64,000 bases of DNA from Muribaculaceae bacterium (GCA_051871275.1 JBJECR010000116.1:6775-70774); one strand, 5' to 3'. Positions 8,840-16,690 are shown, counted from the first letter of the stretch. Made by a program: numbers and translations. Notes: generated by a model not told the origin, from the sequence alone.

Positions 8840-9640
8840 CTAAAACCACTCCTCTTTCATTCTCTTAAGAAACTCCTTCGTGATAGGATACCCGGAGGCA
8901 TCTCCGAGCACGGCATCGGTGTGGCAATATGGGCAACATGCGGTTGCCTCTCCATTCTTTTCTGTATAGAATGTTGCTTCATTCGCTGAAAAGGTTTTCA
9001 GGCACGAAAAACAACCACATACTTTTGAATTGAGGACTGACTCCTTATTTTTGAATGAGGCTTGATGTGCTTTTTCTAAGTATTGGTATTCGGTAGTGAA
9101 CTTATAGCATATCCGTTTCACCGCCTCCTCGGATACATGATGTCCACCGGGTATGAAGTAGAAACAACCTATCTCATCACCGTATATATCTTGATATCTG
9201 TCACCTAACAATTCATCATCCGCTGCAAAGTATGCTGTAATTCGCTGCTTATCCGCATCATTTATCTGTTTGAGCTGAGGTTCAAAGGCTGCATAAGTGG
9301 CAACCATCTCCGGTGACGGTGCAGGCAGTCCGTTATGTGGACCTAACTTAGGCAACTCCACGGATGGAGAATAGCAAGGGTTGATGACAATACGCTGAAT
9401 GCCTGTTGTCAACAGCGTCAGGAAACCACCGAGCGAAGAGCCGACAACAAGGTCAATGTGTTCACTCTCAATAGTTTCTCGTATTTGTTTCAGGGCTGTA
9501 GCACAGTCTTCTTGACAATAGTCCATCCCTATAACCTGCCATTCTTCTGCGGGCATATACTTCCTGAACAGGCGGCAACTGCCACCTTCCGGAGAGCCGT
9601 TATAACCATGAATATAGAGTAACTTTTTCATAAGGGTCAT
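8840..9640 (-). CDS. YqiA/UPF0227-like alpha/beta hydrolase fused to a C-terminal 4-Cys zinc-ribbon-like domain.
   Basis: LLYIHGYNGSPEG at the N-terminus, nucleophile elbow VVGSSLGGF, and late GGHH. The C-terminal ~65 aa contain CGCFSC ... CCPYCHTD ... EEWF. Confidence 0.7.
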   Translation of the reverse strand: MTLMKKLLYIHGYNGSPEGGSCRLFRKYMPAEEWQVIGMDYCQEDCATALKQIRETIESEHIDLVVGSSLGGFLTLLTTGIQRIVINPCYSPSVELPKLGPHNGLPAPSPEMVATYAAFEPQLKQINDADKQRITAYFAADDELLGDRYQDIYGDEIGCFYFIPGGHHVSEEAVKRICYKFTTEYQYLEKAHQASFKNKESVLNSKVCGCFSCLKTFSANEATFYTEKNGEATACCPYCHTDAVLGDASGYPITKEFLKRMKEEWF

Positions 9641-9720
9641 AATATATGATTAAGAATAGATATTATCATGAAAATGCTCAAAAATTTTCCGATTATTTAC
9701 AAATTATACCGCTCGCCCGT

Positions 9721-9744
9721 TAGGTCGCACCGAGATGCGACCTA
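9721..9744. terminator. Perfect 9-bp hairpin between the PD-(D/E)XK gene and the hydrolase gene; a possible terminator or processing site.
   Basis: taggtcgca (9721-9729), loop ccgaga, tgcgaccta (9736-9744). It is followed by cgtttt on the plus strand. There is no clean U-tract on the minus strand, where the flanking genes lie. Confidence 0.35.
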
Positions 9745-9796
9745 CGTTTTCCGGGACAGGCGATTTGCACATGCAGTCAAGTGCACATACGATTGC

Positions 9797-11299
9797 TTAA
9801 TACTGACGTATGCGAACACGTGCAAATATGTCTTTGCTGTGTTCGTTAATATGATTAAGAAGGCGTTCGAAATCGGCTTTACGCCACATCTTGGCAATCA
9901 TTGCTACGCCGTTCTTTTCCGAACCATTCCACACAAGACCATATCCTAATCCGGAATCGTCATCTATGGTTGATTTATGTACAATCGGGTACAAATCCCA
10001 AGGAGCATCTTTTATCTCCACGCTGAAACCGGACTCGGTAACTGCATTAACTTCATCCGTAGAATGCCAGATAAGACTGTCATACGATTTCGTGGTGCGG
10101 TTGTAATAAGAGTTGATGGTAGTCGGGAATGCTGCTCGAACTTCTTCAAGCGTTTTTCCGGGATTGAGTTTCATCCACTGCATAAAGAATACTGCAGCAG
10201 CCTTGCTTTTCGACAACGGTTTTGCATATTCGGGTATTGGTTGCCAATCTGCTCCATCGCCATTCTCATCTATCTCAACCATATACTTGACGGTATCTCT
10301 TCTGCTTTTCTTGAATACATCCATCAACTCCGACTCGTTACCGGGTGCAATTTTAGACTTGCAAACATAAAGGATGGTGTTGAACAGCGAGATATTGTAG
10401 TCCCAAAAGTTTTGCAGCAATTCTGCGGCTTCCGTATCCTCTACCAATGTGCCGATAATCTTCTCTGCCTTATCGCCTCCGACTACCGTTATGGCTGCAT
10501 CAATCAATGGCTTATAGTTATCGTATAGGGTGTTGATATCATCACGACACTCTTTCAAAATTGCCATAATCGTATTGACAAGTTTCATCGGGTCTTTCTC
10601 TTCATCCGCAGATTTGGTAGCAGGTGTGCCAAGTGTATTGATATAAGCATTTACCAAGCTCTTTGCATCGTTAGGCATAGCATACGACGTCAGAGGCTCA
10701 ATCACATTGTCCAAAAGTTGCTGATAAGTAATATTTGTAAAATCGCTGCAAGAAGGTGCGGTCTCGTCAGGAGTTAGAAAAATCTCTACTGAAAAATCGG
10801 TATGCTCAATTTTATTGAATGCCTCCACTGCTTTATGATATCTCACGGTTTGCTCTTCGCCCTCACCGGAATATATCTTGTTTTCAACAGCCAGAGGAAT
10901 CCTGTAACGATTTCCATCATTGTCGATTACCCATACGTGCATCCAAATGTCTATGCGGTCCTTTTCGTTCGTACCGGATATATCACGTAAGAGTTTTTCA
11001 GTGGTACATTCATCTACTTCAATCGAATAATTGCCGCTAAGCAGAAGAGCGTCCAAATCAGTTCTTTTAGAAGCAACATGGGTGTATAGAGCCAATAGCT
11101 TCTTAATCGGTTCGACACCTAAAGCATGATCGGATTGAGGATCCAAAAGCCAGCAAAGAAATGCACTGTGACGATTCTCATTTCGCTCAACCTTTAAAAC
11201 ATTAAACACATTTTTCTTAGAATAGTATGCTGACATTTTTTGGAACTTACTATCATTCTGCATTGATAATAAGTACGTTTTTACTTCTTTATTATTCAT
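9797..11299 (-). CDS. PD-(D/E)XK nuclease-superfamily protein (PDDEXK_4-like N-terminal half) with a C-terminal half of unknown function.
   Basis: FNVLKVERNENRHSAFLCWLLDPQSDHALG ... DRIDIWMHVW ... IPLAVENKIYSGEGEEQTVRY gives the D ... E-x-K arrangement and the HSxFLxWLLxP signature of that family. The start lies 39 nt downstream of the preceding gene on the same strand. Confidence 0.6.
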   Translation of the reverse strand: MNNKEVKTYLLSMQNDSKFQKMSAYYSKKNVFNVLKVERNENRHSAFLCWLLDPQSDHALGVEPIKKLLALYTHVASKRTDLDALLLSGNYSIEVDECTTEKLLRDISGTNEKDRIDIWMHVWVIDNDGNRYRIPLAVENKIYSGEGEEQTVRYHKAVEAFNKIEHTDFSVEIFLTPDETAPSCSDFTNITYQQLLDNVIEPLTSYAMPNDAKSLVNAYINTLGTPATKSADEEKDPMKLVNTIMAILKECRDDINTLYDNYKPLIDAAITVVGGDKAEKIIGTLVEDTEAAELLQNFWDYNISLFNTILYVCKSKIAPGNESELMDVFKKSRRDTVKYMVEIDENGDGADWQPIPEYAKPLSKSKAAAVFFMQWMKLNPGKTLEEVRAAFPTTINSYYNRTTKSYDSLIWHSTDEVNAVTESGFSVEIKDAPWDLYPIVHKSTIDDDSGLGYGLVWNGSEKNGVAMIAKMWRKADFERLLNHINEHSKDIFARVRIRQY

Positions 11300-11338
11300 T
11301 TTGAATTATTTAACGGTTTATACAAACACAAATATCTA

Positions 11339-12982
11339 TTATACAAGATTCTCTATTTCTTTTGTTTTGAGGTTATAATATTCTTCCAACGATATAGATT
11401 TTTGCAAATCACGAAGAGTTTTATCCTTACCATCCGGTAATAAAGTTCTTAATGTAATTCTATTAAAGAATGACTCACATATGGTAACAATATAGTCGGT
11501 TCTCCATTCGCGTCCTTGCAACTTATAACCTACGACGTAGTCATCGAAAAGATTTAAGTGTTCAGGATAAATGAATGTGCATTGCGATTCATCATTATAT
11601 GCCGGGCACAGTTTCTCGGCGTCAAACGATTGAACATCTTTTGCAAACCAATGTTGTACACCGGGACAGTCCGTATGACAAAGAGAGTTAGGCATGATGA
11701 TTAATTTATCACGTAGGTTTGTAAAGCTTTTTAGTATGTTCAACGAACGCGTAAATGGATAGAACATTACAATATAGTCATAATAAGTGAAATCCATCTT
11801 CCGAATGTCTTTACAGAGCCGCTGAACAATACTTGAAATAACTAACAAATTCGGATTATACTCTTTTATAATTTTTGCATTTTTGTCATTAGCAATAATA
11901 AAGCCACAAGCTCCTAATTTGGTATAGTAGTCTAAAAGTTCTTTTGATATTACGCTATCCCTATCTTGCCATAGGACGACAAATCTCAGATTTCCGGATT
12001 TTATTAAATGCATATGGTATTCATATTCCTCACGCGACTGAGGCATATATGAACGACCTTTCATCTTGCTTTGCAAGTATGTCCTCGTATTGAAAGTATC
12101 ATCCTTGTAAGGAGGGAGAAATAGGAAATTAATGAAGCCGGAATATTTCTCATAATAAGGAAGAATTTCTTCATCAAAATTATATGGAACTTCAAACTTC
12201 TTTATTTTCAAGGACCGAGCGTCAGATGTAGTTAATGAATTCGTTTCAATTGCAACTCCATTGCATACGTCTAATAGCGTGCGTGTTATTTGTGAGACAA
12301 AATCGAACGGGCAACTAAACGTAGTACATTTATCTTGTCGGTACACAGTATAAGCATAAGAAAACAAATAGACAACCGGAATATCAAGTATTTGACCAAT
12401 ATATTTCACAATAGGTTCGGATGTTACAATAGCCTTTATTCGGCTACGGTTCTTTATTATTTCATCGATTTCTATCAATTCTCTGAAATCATAAGCACCT
12501 TCCAACAAAACCTCTCTCTTTGTACCACAACACACAGGGGAGAGACCGTTGTCGCATAAATTCGCAACAACTTGTTTTAGATATGAAGAGATGAAGAATT
12601 CTCTTTCGTTTAAATAATAGCAAAAAAGAACAACTTTTTCTTTTGTAGCAAGTTGCTCGTCAATTTCATTCTTTTCTCTGACAAAGCCAAGATATGGGTG
12701 AAAGATGCCCTCATGTTGAACATTTAGAATGTTAGCAGTTTTCTCACACAGAATCCGGAATGGTGCATAATCCGGCAAATCCAAAACGAGCACACTATCT
12801 TCTTCTTTTTCCTTAGGATGACCAATATTCACATTTTCAAGTTTGCCGAGATATTTCGAAGCGATGTCTGTCCTAACAACATTATAGCATTCTTTGGACA
12901 CATTTACGACTGTTGCCACAGCTGCAGCTTTAATCTCATCGTACCCTGAGTTTGTTTTTTTGATATATATCCAATTTTTCAT
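11339..12982 (-). CDS. Two-domain Cys-rich protein of unknown function, the last gene of the RiPP-like operon. The C-terminal half is possibly U32-like (TIM-barrel).
   Basis: 547-aa ORF starting 6 nt after the rSAM stop. Cys pairs are SPVCCGTK and CTTFSCPFD, and a C-terminal cluster reads LCHTDCPGVQHW-x-KLCPAYNDESQCTF (C-x3-C-x19-C-x8-C). The alternating beta/alpha-like pattern (RFVVLWQ, GFIIANDKNAKIIKEYNPNLLVISS, YIVMFYP) only loosely recalls the peptidase-U32 / UbiU-UbiV family. The function call is weak. Confidence 0.55.
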   Translation of the reverse strand: MKNWIYIKKTNSGYDEIKAAAVATVVNVSKECYNVVRTDIASKYLGKLENVNIGHPKEKEEDSVLVLDLPDYAPFRILCEKTANILNVQHEGIFHPYLGFVREKNEIDEQLATKEKVVLFCYYLNEREFFISSYLKQVVANLCDNGLSPVCCGTKREVLLEGAYDFRELIEIDEIIKNRSRIKAIVTSEPIVKYIGQILDIPVVYLFSYAYTVYRQDKCTTFSCPFDFVSQITRTLLDVCNGVAIETNSLTTSDARSLKIKKFEVPYNFDEEILPYYEKYSGFINFLFLPPYKDDTFNTRTYLQSKMKGRSYMPQSREEYEYHMHLIKSGNLRFVVLWQDRDSVISKELLDYYTKLGACGFIIANDKNAKIIKEYNPNLLVISSIVQRLCKDIRKMDFTYYDYIVMFYPFTRSLNILKSFTNLRDKLIIMPNSLCHTDCPGVQHWFAKDVQSFDAEKLCPAYNDESQCTFIYPEHLNLFDDYVVGYKLQGREWRTDYIVTICESFFNRITLRTLLPDGKDKTLRDLQKSISLEEYYNLKTKEIENLV

Positions 12983-12988
12983 ATCTTC

Positions 12989-13987
12989 CTATAGTCTAAA
13001 GTGTCCTTCTTCATGAAAGTGACTTAGTGTATGCGCCAAACAACCTCCTGAACATAACTCCATCTCAAAATTTTTACAAGTATCGCATTGTTGATATACG
13101 CCTTTAATCTCTTTGCGGTAGTTCTCCTGTATCATATTGAAATATGAATATAACTCTTCATACGTTTGAAAATCTTTTAATGATTTTCTATTAATATTAG
13201 ACAATGGGAAACAAGACCAACAAGTGAGATCCGGGCCAATATCGATTGTAGGACCGCAATCAAATGATAATGCATTTCTCGTGTACTTATACAACAAGCC
13301 TATTTCTTCGTCGGTAAACATGCACATGGGGAATCCGCAGTCAAGTCCCGGATGAATTTTCAAGTCGTACATTTTTCTTAGTCCATCCATCAATTTAATC
13401 TTAGCTTGTTTAAAGTCGGCGGGGGCAATGTACTCATTCTGAGAATCCGGAATCGGATTCGCAATTCCAAATCGGACATGTCTTCTTAATCCATATTTTA
13501 AGATATAGTCCTCCAGAAAATCAATATTAAAATCTAACCTATAGATGTTGAAACTAAGTGCACACAAGCTACCTAAAGACCTAAGAAATTTATGTACTTT
13601 CAAAAGTTCACTTTGGGAAGAAAGGAGCGGTTCGTTGACATTAACAACGAATTTAAGTTTGTTACTTTCCTTTATGGACTCCGCTTGCATTCTTTTTACG
13701 AAAGGCTCCAACTTATTGGAGGGCATAATTCCACTAGTAAAAATGCAGACCTCAAAACCTCTGTCTAATATCAAATATTCGATTATTTCTGCTACGCGAG
13801 GGTGAATCAGAGGTTCTCCACCTAACAATGAAATGCGGCTAATTCCTGATTTTTCCAAGAAATTCACAACATATACAAGATTTTCTTTTGGTATAGCACT
13901 CCGATCTTCAACGCCTTCCATATATTGTTTTGCAAAACAGTAAGGACATTTTCTAACACAAACTTCAGTCAACAACAAATTTGCCAT
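12989..13987 (-). CDS. Radical SAM enzyme with a C-terminal SPASM/twitch-like Cys-rich domain.
   Basis: CVRKCPYC is the CX3CX2C motif at aa 10-17. GGEPL is the SAM-binding motif. C-terminal cysteines: CGFPMC, CWSC, CDTCKNFEMELCSGGC. Confidence 0.9.
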   Translation of the reverse strand: MANLLLTEVCVRKCPYCFAKQYMEGVEDRSAIPKENLVYVVNFLEKSGISRISLLGGEPLIHPRVAEIIEYLILDRGFEVCIFTSGIMPSNKLEPFVKRMQAESIKESNKLKFVVNVNEPLLSSQSELLKVHKFLRSLGSLCALSFNIYRLDFNIDFLEDYILKYGLRRHVRFGIANPIPDSQNEYIAPADFKQAKIKLMDGLRKMYDLKIHPGLDCGFPMCMFTDEEIGLLYKYTRNALSFDCGPTIDIGPDLTCWSCFPLSNINRKSLKDFQTYEELYSYFNMIQENYRKEIKGVYQQCDTCKNFEMELCSGGCLAHTLSHFHEEGHFRL

Positions 13988-14006
13988 TTAGGATTTAATT
14001 TTAGAT

Positions 14007-14558
14007 TTACACACTTATTGTTCTCACACTATTCACAAAAATCGATTTCTCGTATTTAAGCTTATCTAAAGATTTATAAATAGTAGTTCTATCTCTAGCT
14101 ACTTCTTTAAAGCAGAGGCTTTCTTGAAATTTATCAGCACGCCGATTGTTTATACTACAAGTTGTTTTAAGAGCATATTTATAAAGCAGAATAAAGTCTA
14201 ATAAAGTCACTAAGGAGCGAAAAATCTCCTTAAAATATTTTCTATCATGGTCCCAAGTACCACCGTGAAAAATCACTTCTCCTCTTTTGTGAAAATTTTC
14301 TTCTAAATATACCATTCCTCTTGGAGTGTTCGTTGCCCTGTCACACCACACGAGTATAACGACATTTGCACAAGTAGATATATCTTTCAAGTCACCCTCC
14401 ACCATACCGGGGAAAATTTTTTGCCAATCGTCGTTAGTATACTTTGAAACAATATCCTCTTCTTGGGGATTATACCATCTAAAATACATTTTATCAACAG
14501 GATTACTGTACTCCCGGAAATGTTCTTCAAATAGAGATTTGAGTCCTTTTGTCTTCAT
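14007..14558 (-). CDS. GNAT-fold-like protein, a putative N-acetyltransferase.
   Basis: 183 aa. The pattern MVYLEENFHKRGEVIFHGG ... FKEIFRSLVTLLDFIL ... LKTTCSINNRRADKFQESLCFKEV resembles GNAT beta4-alpha3-beta5-alpha4 (the N..A..fyeklGF-type ending). The assignment comes from pattern only. Confidence 0.45.
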   Translation of the reverse strand: MKTKGLKSLFEEHFREYSNPVDKMYFRWYNPQEEDIVSKYTNDDWQKIFPGMVEGDLKDISTCANVVILVWCDRATNTPRGMVYLEENFHKRGEVIFHGGTWDHDRKYFKEIFRSLVTLLDFILLYKYALKTTCSINNRRADKFQESLCFKEVARDRTTIYKSLDKLKYEKSIFVNSVRTISV

Positions 14559-14566
14559 TCACCTTA

Positions 14567-15568
14567 TTACATAACAGGAAGACAATTGCAAAGGCAATCA
14601 ACCATTGCCTCACTCATAGGAATTTTGCATAAGTCTTCAATCCAACCCCATTGTCCATTCGGATTGCACTCAAGAAAAACATACTCGTCTTCAGGAGTCA
14701 AGATAAAATCAAAACAGCCAAAGTTGAGATTGAGTCGAGATAGGTATTTTTTGCAGAATTCAGCAATAATGTCCGGAGTTGGTATTATCTCGTGTTTTAG
14801 TCCGTGATCATATCCTTGACGCCAATCTATCGAACCCGTCATTTCAGTTTGTCTCTGCGAGTCCAACATACACGTAAATATATGTGGTCCCATAACAGTA
14901 ACTCTCAATTCATATTTTTTCTCCACATACTGCTGTGCAAAGACTACCGTTTGTGAAAATGCCTCTTGTGGTTGATTCATCAACTGTTTAGAAGGAATTT
15001 TTTGTGTACACAAATCAAACACCTTCTCGTCTGCAGTTTTCATCCAGTGATTACGGAGACACTTTAAGCTTATATTGTCAAAGTCTCTGGAAAAGTTTAC
15101 GATATCAGTTTTCGAGTTAGAAATACAGGTAGGGGCAATTTTCATTCCTAACTCTACTGCAATTTTCGATTGAATCATTTTAGAATTTGCTCTCTTGTCA
15201 TACAGATGATGCCCAATAGAATAAATATCTGTGAGATAATGCATCAAATACAAAAAGAACTGTTTACTTTCCACTATGTTATGCCTGTCGACTTCTTCGT
15301 TAATAGTATATGGAAGATATTTAGGGAAGTCCGGTTTTCTATACCATACCGACTTTATCTCATGCCCCCAAATAATAGCATTTGTGGAACGGTCTTTGAT
15401 ATAAAAATCGGGTGTCTCGCCATTATTATGAAACCAAGCAAAAGTATAATCCACCATCAAAGCCTCAGTATTCAACCTAAAGAAAGGAATGTTGTCTCTT
15501 TTCATTAAATTGATTACTGAGGTCGGGTGAAAATCACTTTTATCTGTGAGAATTAGGATTTTCCTCAT
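14567..15568 (-). CDS. ATP-grasp peptide macrocyclase of the MdnC/MvdD (graspetide ligase) type.
   Basis: Colinear with microviridin ligases as I recall them: ILILTDKSD..FFRLNTE (cf. VLIVTFSRD..FRFDTD), SVWYRKP (cf. AVWYRR), ELRVTVMGPHIF (cf. ELRITIVGEQIF), IDWRQ, and LNFGCFDFILTPEDEYVFLECNPNGQWGWIE (cf. LNYGAIDMIVTPDERYIFLEINPVGEFFWLE). Confidence 0.9.
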   Translation of the reverse strand: MRKILILTDKSDFHPTSVINLMKRDNIPFFRLNTEALMVDYTFAWFHNNGETPDFYIKDRSTNAIIWGHEIKSVWYRKPDFPKYLPYTINEEVDRHNIVESKQFFLYLMHYLTDIYSIGHHLYDKRANSKMIQSKIAVELGMKIAPTCISNSKTDIVNFSRDFDNISLKCLRNHWMKTADEKVFDLCTQKIPSKQLMNQPQEAFSQTVVFAQQYVEKKYELRVTVMGPHIFTCMLDSQRQTEMTGSIDWRQGYDHGLKHEIIPTPDIIAEFCKKYLSRLNLNFGCFDFILTPEDEYVFLECNPNGQWGWIEDLCKIPMSEAMVDCLCNCLPVM

Positions 15569-15644
15569 TTACAAAAAGTACAATTAACTGATGTTTCGCA
15601 AGCTCAACTATAAAGGAGTCTAAACTTTTGAAACTTCAATACAA

Positions 15645-15878
15645 TTAATCGTCTGTCCAATGTTCTGCATCGTTATGCTCATAGTAACCGCCACCGTTTT
15701 TTTCCTTAGTACTTTTGTACCCATCATAACTCCGAGAACCTGAAGAACTACCACCTCCCATTAAGAAAGTTATCTGTTCTTTGGGATCATACACAATCTG
15801 CATCTCTCTATCCGAAATCACCTGCGGTTCTTCGGGAACCATAAAGTTGGCAATCAAAGGATTTACTGTTATTCTCAT
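15645..15878 (-). CDS. Putative graspetide-type precursor peptide (77 aa).
   Basis: MRITVNPLIANFMVPEE... contains P-L-I-A-N-F-M, resembling the microviridin leader motif PFFARFL. A Gly/Ser linker (GGGSSSGS) follows. The C-terminal stretch SYDGYKSTKEKNGGGYYEHNDAEHWTDD is rich in Ser/Thr/Lys donors and Asp/Glu acceptors. There is no Cys. It lies 76 nt upstream of the ATP-grasp gene on the same strand. Confidence 0.65.
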   Translation of the reverse strand: MRITVNPLIANFMVPEEPQVISDREMQIVYDPKEQITFLMGGGSSSGSRSYDGYKSTKEKNGGGYYEHNDAEHWTDD

Positions 15879-15944
15879 ATTTATTATTAATTTAGATTTT
15901 TGCCTACCTCCTTTAAAGCGAATCGGCTTCCTCTTTGTTTCACT

Positions 15945-16193
15945 TTATTTTTTTAAATAACTTTCAATTTCATCAACAGATATTTCCCCTCCAATCCAGT
16001 CCTTAGTAGCATGTGAAGAATCTATGCTTATTTTTCTTGATTTAAGTCCTTCTCCATTGTAATCAATTGTAACTCGACAAGAATTGAAAAGATCAATTAT
16101 CAATTTACCATCACCTTCTTCTGATTTTGAAATATTGCGGATAATACATAACGCAACATCTATATCTGTCAATTTAATCTTCATATTTTTCAC
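15945..16193 (-). CDS. Small hypothetical protein (82 aa, or 79 aa from the ATG at 16184).
   Basis: ORF-track entry with no signal peptide and no recognisable motifs. It directly abuts the upstream 68-aa ORF. Confidence 0.45.
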   Translation of the reverse strand: MKNMKIKLTDIDVALCIIRNISKSEEGDGKLIIDLFNSCRVTIDYNGEGLKSRKISIDSSHATKDWIGGEISVDEIESYLKK

Positions 16194-16400
16194 CTAACCT
16201 TTTATTTCCTTCACAATCCAATTACCGGGTGATGCCCAACTATCGGCACGAACTGTGAAATCGGCACGATGAAGTGCTTCTTTAACCTCACTTATATCAG
16301 GTGCAAAACCTGTTCTTGATGATACAACTTGTAATATGAACCCCTTTGGGATACTTGCATCCACAAAGTCTCTTGGGGATTGAAGTAAGAAAGTTTTCAT
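16194..16400 (-). CDS. Small hypothetical protein (68 aa).
   Basis: ORF-track entry. It vaguely resembles small Bacteroidota-specific DUF proteins (IPKGFILQVVSS...SPGNWIVKEI). The family is not established. Confidence 0.45.
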   Translation of the reverse strand: MKTFLLQSPRDFVDASIPKGFILQVVSSRTGFAPDISEVKEALHRADFTVRADSWASPGNWIVKEIKG

Positions 16401-16442
16401 TTTTACTAAATTTTATATATGATTATTTAATTATAAGAATTA

Positions 16443-16673
16443 TTATTTAAATACTATCACACGAGCTATGCCGTCATGAAAACCGTATGCATCATCAAAA
16501 CGTGGCTCTATAATCCGGAATCCGGTCTTATCTATATAGCCATATTTACCGCCTATTTCTACTGCGGCAACATCTTCCCTGAAATCGCCTGCATAGTCAA
16601 ATTGCGGCTCCGCAATCCAGGTTCCGGTCTTGTCTATATAGCCATATTTAGGTTCACCTTTTTCCGGTTTCAT
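16443..16673 (-). CDS. Two-repeat WG-repeat mini-protein (76 aa), or a detached remnant of the upstream repeat gene.
   Basis: KYGYIDKTGTWIAEPQFDYAGDFREDVAAVEIGGKYGYIDKTGFRIIEPRFDDAYGFHDGIARV gives two more units of the same 34-aa repeat. The ATG lies 18 nt after the stop of the 1027-aa gene. Confidence 0.5.
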   Translation of the reverse strand: MKPEKGEPKYGYIDKTGTWIAEPQFDYAGDFREDVAAVEIGGKYGYIDKTGFRIIEPRFDDAYGFHDGIARVIVFK

Positions 16674-16690
16674 ATTTGAATGTTCAATTT

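Noticed and set aside
9668-9949. A 93-aa plus-strand ORF spanning the gap and the 3' end of the PD-(D/E)XK gene. Many other antisense ORFs inside secDF, recQ, recJ, the DUF2723 gene, ftsZ, ftsA, the mur genes and others fall in the same class.
   Set aside because: They overlap longer ORFs with clear family signatures on the opposite strand. Their compositions are low-complexity or Cys/Arg/Ser-rich, as is typical of antisense frames.
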